Shown piece by piece: positions 8,335-9,030 of a DNA stretch of 9,030 nt (its first letter is position 1; each line of letters opens with the position of its first letter). Location: the NCBI RefSeq assembly GCF_006345805.1, contig NW_021828179.1:1-9030 (forward strand). Direction: 5' to 3'. The DNA comes from Octopus sinensis. Lineage: Eukaryota. The notes under the pieces were generated by a model. It ran no database searches, was not told the DNA's origin, and was given only the letters and a program-made list of their open reading frames with translations. The translations under genes were made by a program, and so were the position numbers.

Positions 8335-8405
8335 CAACTTATGATAACACACGGACTCGAGTTTCGAGGTATTGACCTCTCGTCAGCGTGTGACAATCAT
8401 AGTTG
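8335..8405 (-). ncRNA. Type I hammerhead ribozyme (core 8348-8392, extended stem I)
   Basis: 5'-CAACU AUGAU UGU CACACG CUGACGA GAGGU(CAAU)ACCUC GAAA CUCGAG UC^CGUGUG UU AUCAU A AGUUG-3'. All conserved core nucleotides are present; GUC cleavage is predicted between 8354 and 8353. Confidence 0.95.
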
Positions 8406-8699
8406 TCGCCAGAATTAGATTTCCTTCACAAATACTTATACTTTTTCCACAGCGCCCACTGTCGCTGATATTGAAAAAGTGAAATCAAACAATGATAAAT
8501 ATCAAAGTGAGTTATATACAGTAGCGTAACACATCGTGACGTATTTTTGCCATTTCAATATGGCTAACCCCTAAGGGTGGATGCTACTGTAGTTTTTAGC
8601 CAGGAGGACACACCCTCCAGCTGGCCCTAGACACACTTTCTCTGTGTCCTGTCAGTATTTGCAAAGGGAATTCATCCTTCCCGTCTTCAACTTATGATA

Positions 8700-8744
8700 C
8701 ACACGGACTCGAGTTTCGAGGTATTGACCTCTCGTCAGCGTGTG
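8700..8744 (-). ncRNA. Type I hammerhead ribozyme (second copy; distal stem I truncated by (AAT)n)
   Basis: 45-nt core identical to 8348-8392; predicted cleavage between 8706 and 8705. Confidence 0.93.
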
Positions 8745-8746
8745 AC

Positions 8747-8768
8747 AATAATAATAATAATAATGATA
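8747..8768. repeat. (AAT)n microsatellite
   Basis: Directly visible. Confidence 0.9.
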
Positions 8769-8894
8769 AAGAGTAAATGAAAGAATATAATTTTCTTAAA
8801 AAGCAATTCTTTAAATGACAAGGAAAATGGAGAAAGTAAGAAAATGGTGTGGTTATAAGACAGCGAATAGAGTACGCTTGGAATGAGTGATGTG

Positions 8895-9000
8895 GAGGGA
8901 CAGAGAGGCAGAGAGAAAGAGAGAGAGAGAGAGAGAGAGGAGGGGAGGAAGATAATGGGAATATAGTGAGAGGAGGAATGATTGTGTGTGGAGAGAGGAG
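8895..9000. repeat. GA-rich/(GA)n polypurine tract
   Basis: Directly visible. Confidence 0.85.
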
Positions 9001-9030
9001 CAAAGTAAATAAAAATGAGTTAGAAATGAT

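Larger units (their letters stand above)
8197..8749 (-). mobile_element. Non-LTR retrozyme-like tandem repeat (~352-bp unit, ~1.6 copies) with two type I hammerhead ribozymes
   Basis: 8197-8397 is directly repeated at 8548-8749. Each copy contains an identical canonical HHR, the unit has no coding capacity, and it shows extensive self-complementarity. Confidence 0.88.

Noticed and set aside
8197-8749. LTR pair or CRISPR-like repeat
   Set aside because: No TG...CA ends, PBS, PPT or TSD; the repeats are ~200 bp portions of one tandem unit, not short repeats with unique spacers.

Overview
AT-rich, non-coding eukaryotic DNA, most likely a cephalopod (octopus-type) intron or intergenic region, judged from the tRNA-derived SINE families and the extreme microsatellite density. 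No intact protein-coding gene is supported; nearly all ORFs in the track are translations of simple repeats or SINEs. The window contains several tRNA-derived SINEs (three with clear target-site duplications, one nested in another SINE), two decayed non-LTR retrotransposon ORF fragments, and a ~100-bp inverted duplication. The most notable feature is a set of hammerhead-ribozyme (HHR) elements. At 8197-8749 a ~1.6-unit head-to-tail repeat carries two identical, canonical type I hammerheads on the minus strand, 352 nt apart. This is the architecture of a non-LTR retrozyme that would self-cleave into a structured ~352-nt, possibly circular, RNA. Four further microsatellite-embedded modules (1673-1866, 1951-2136, ~4071-4282, ~7516-7980) carry minimal or degenerate HHR-like cores typical of Penelope-like element termini.
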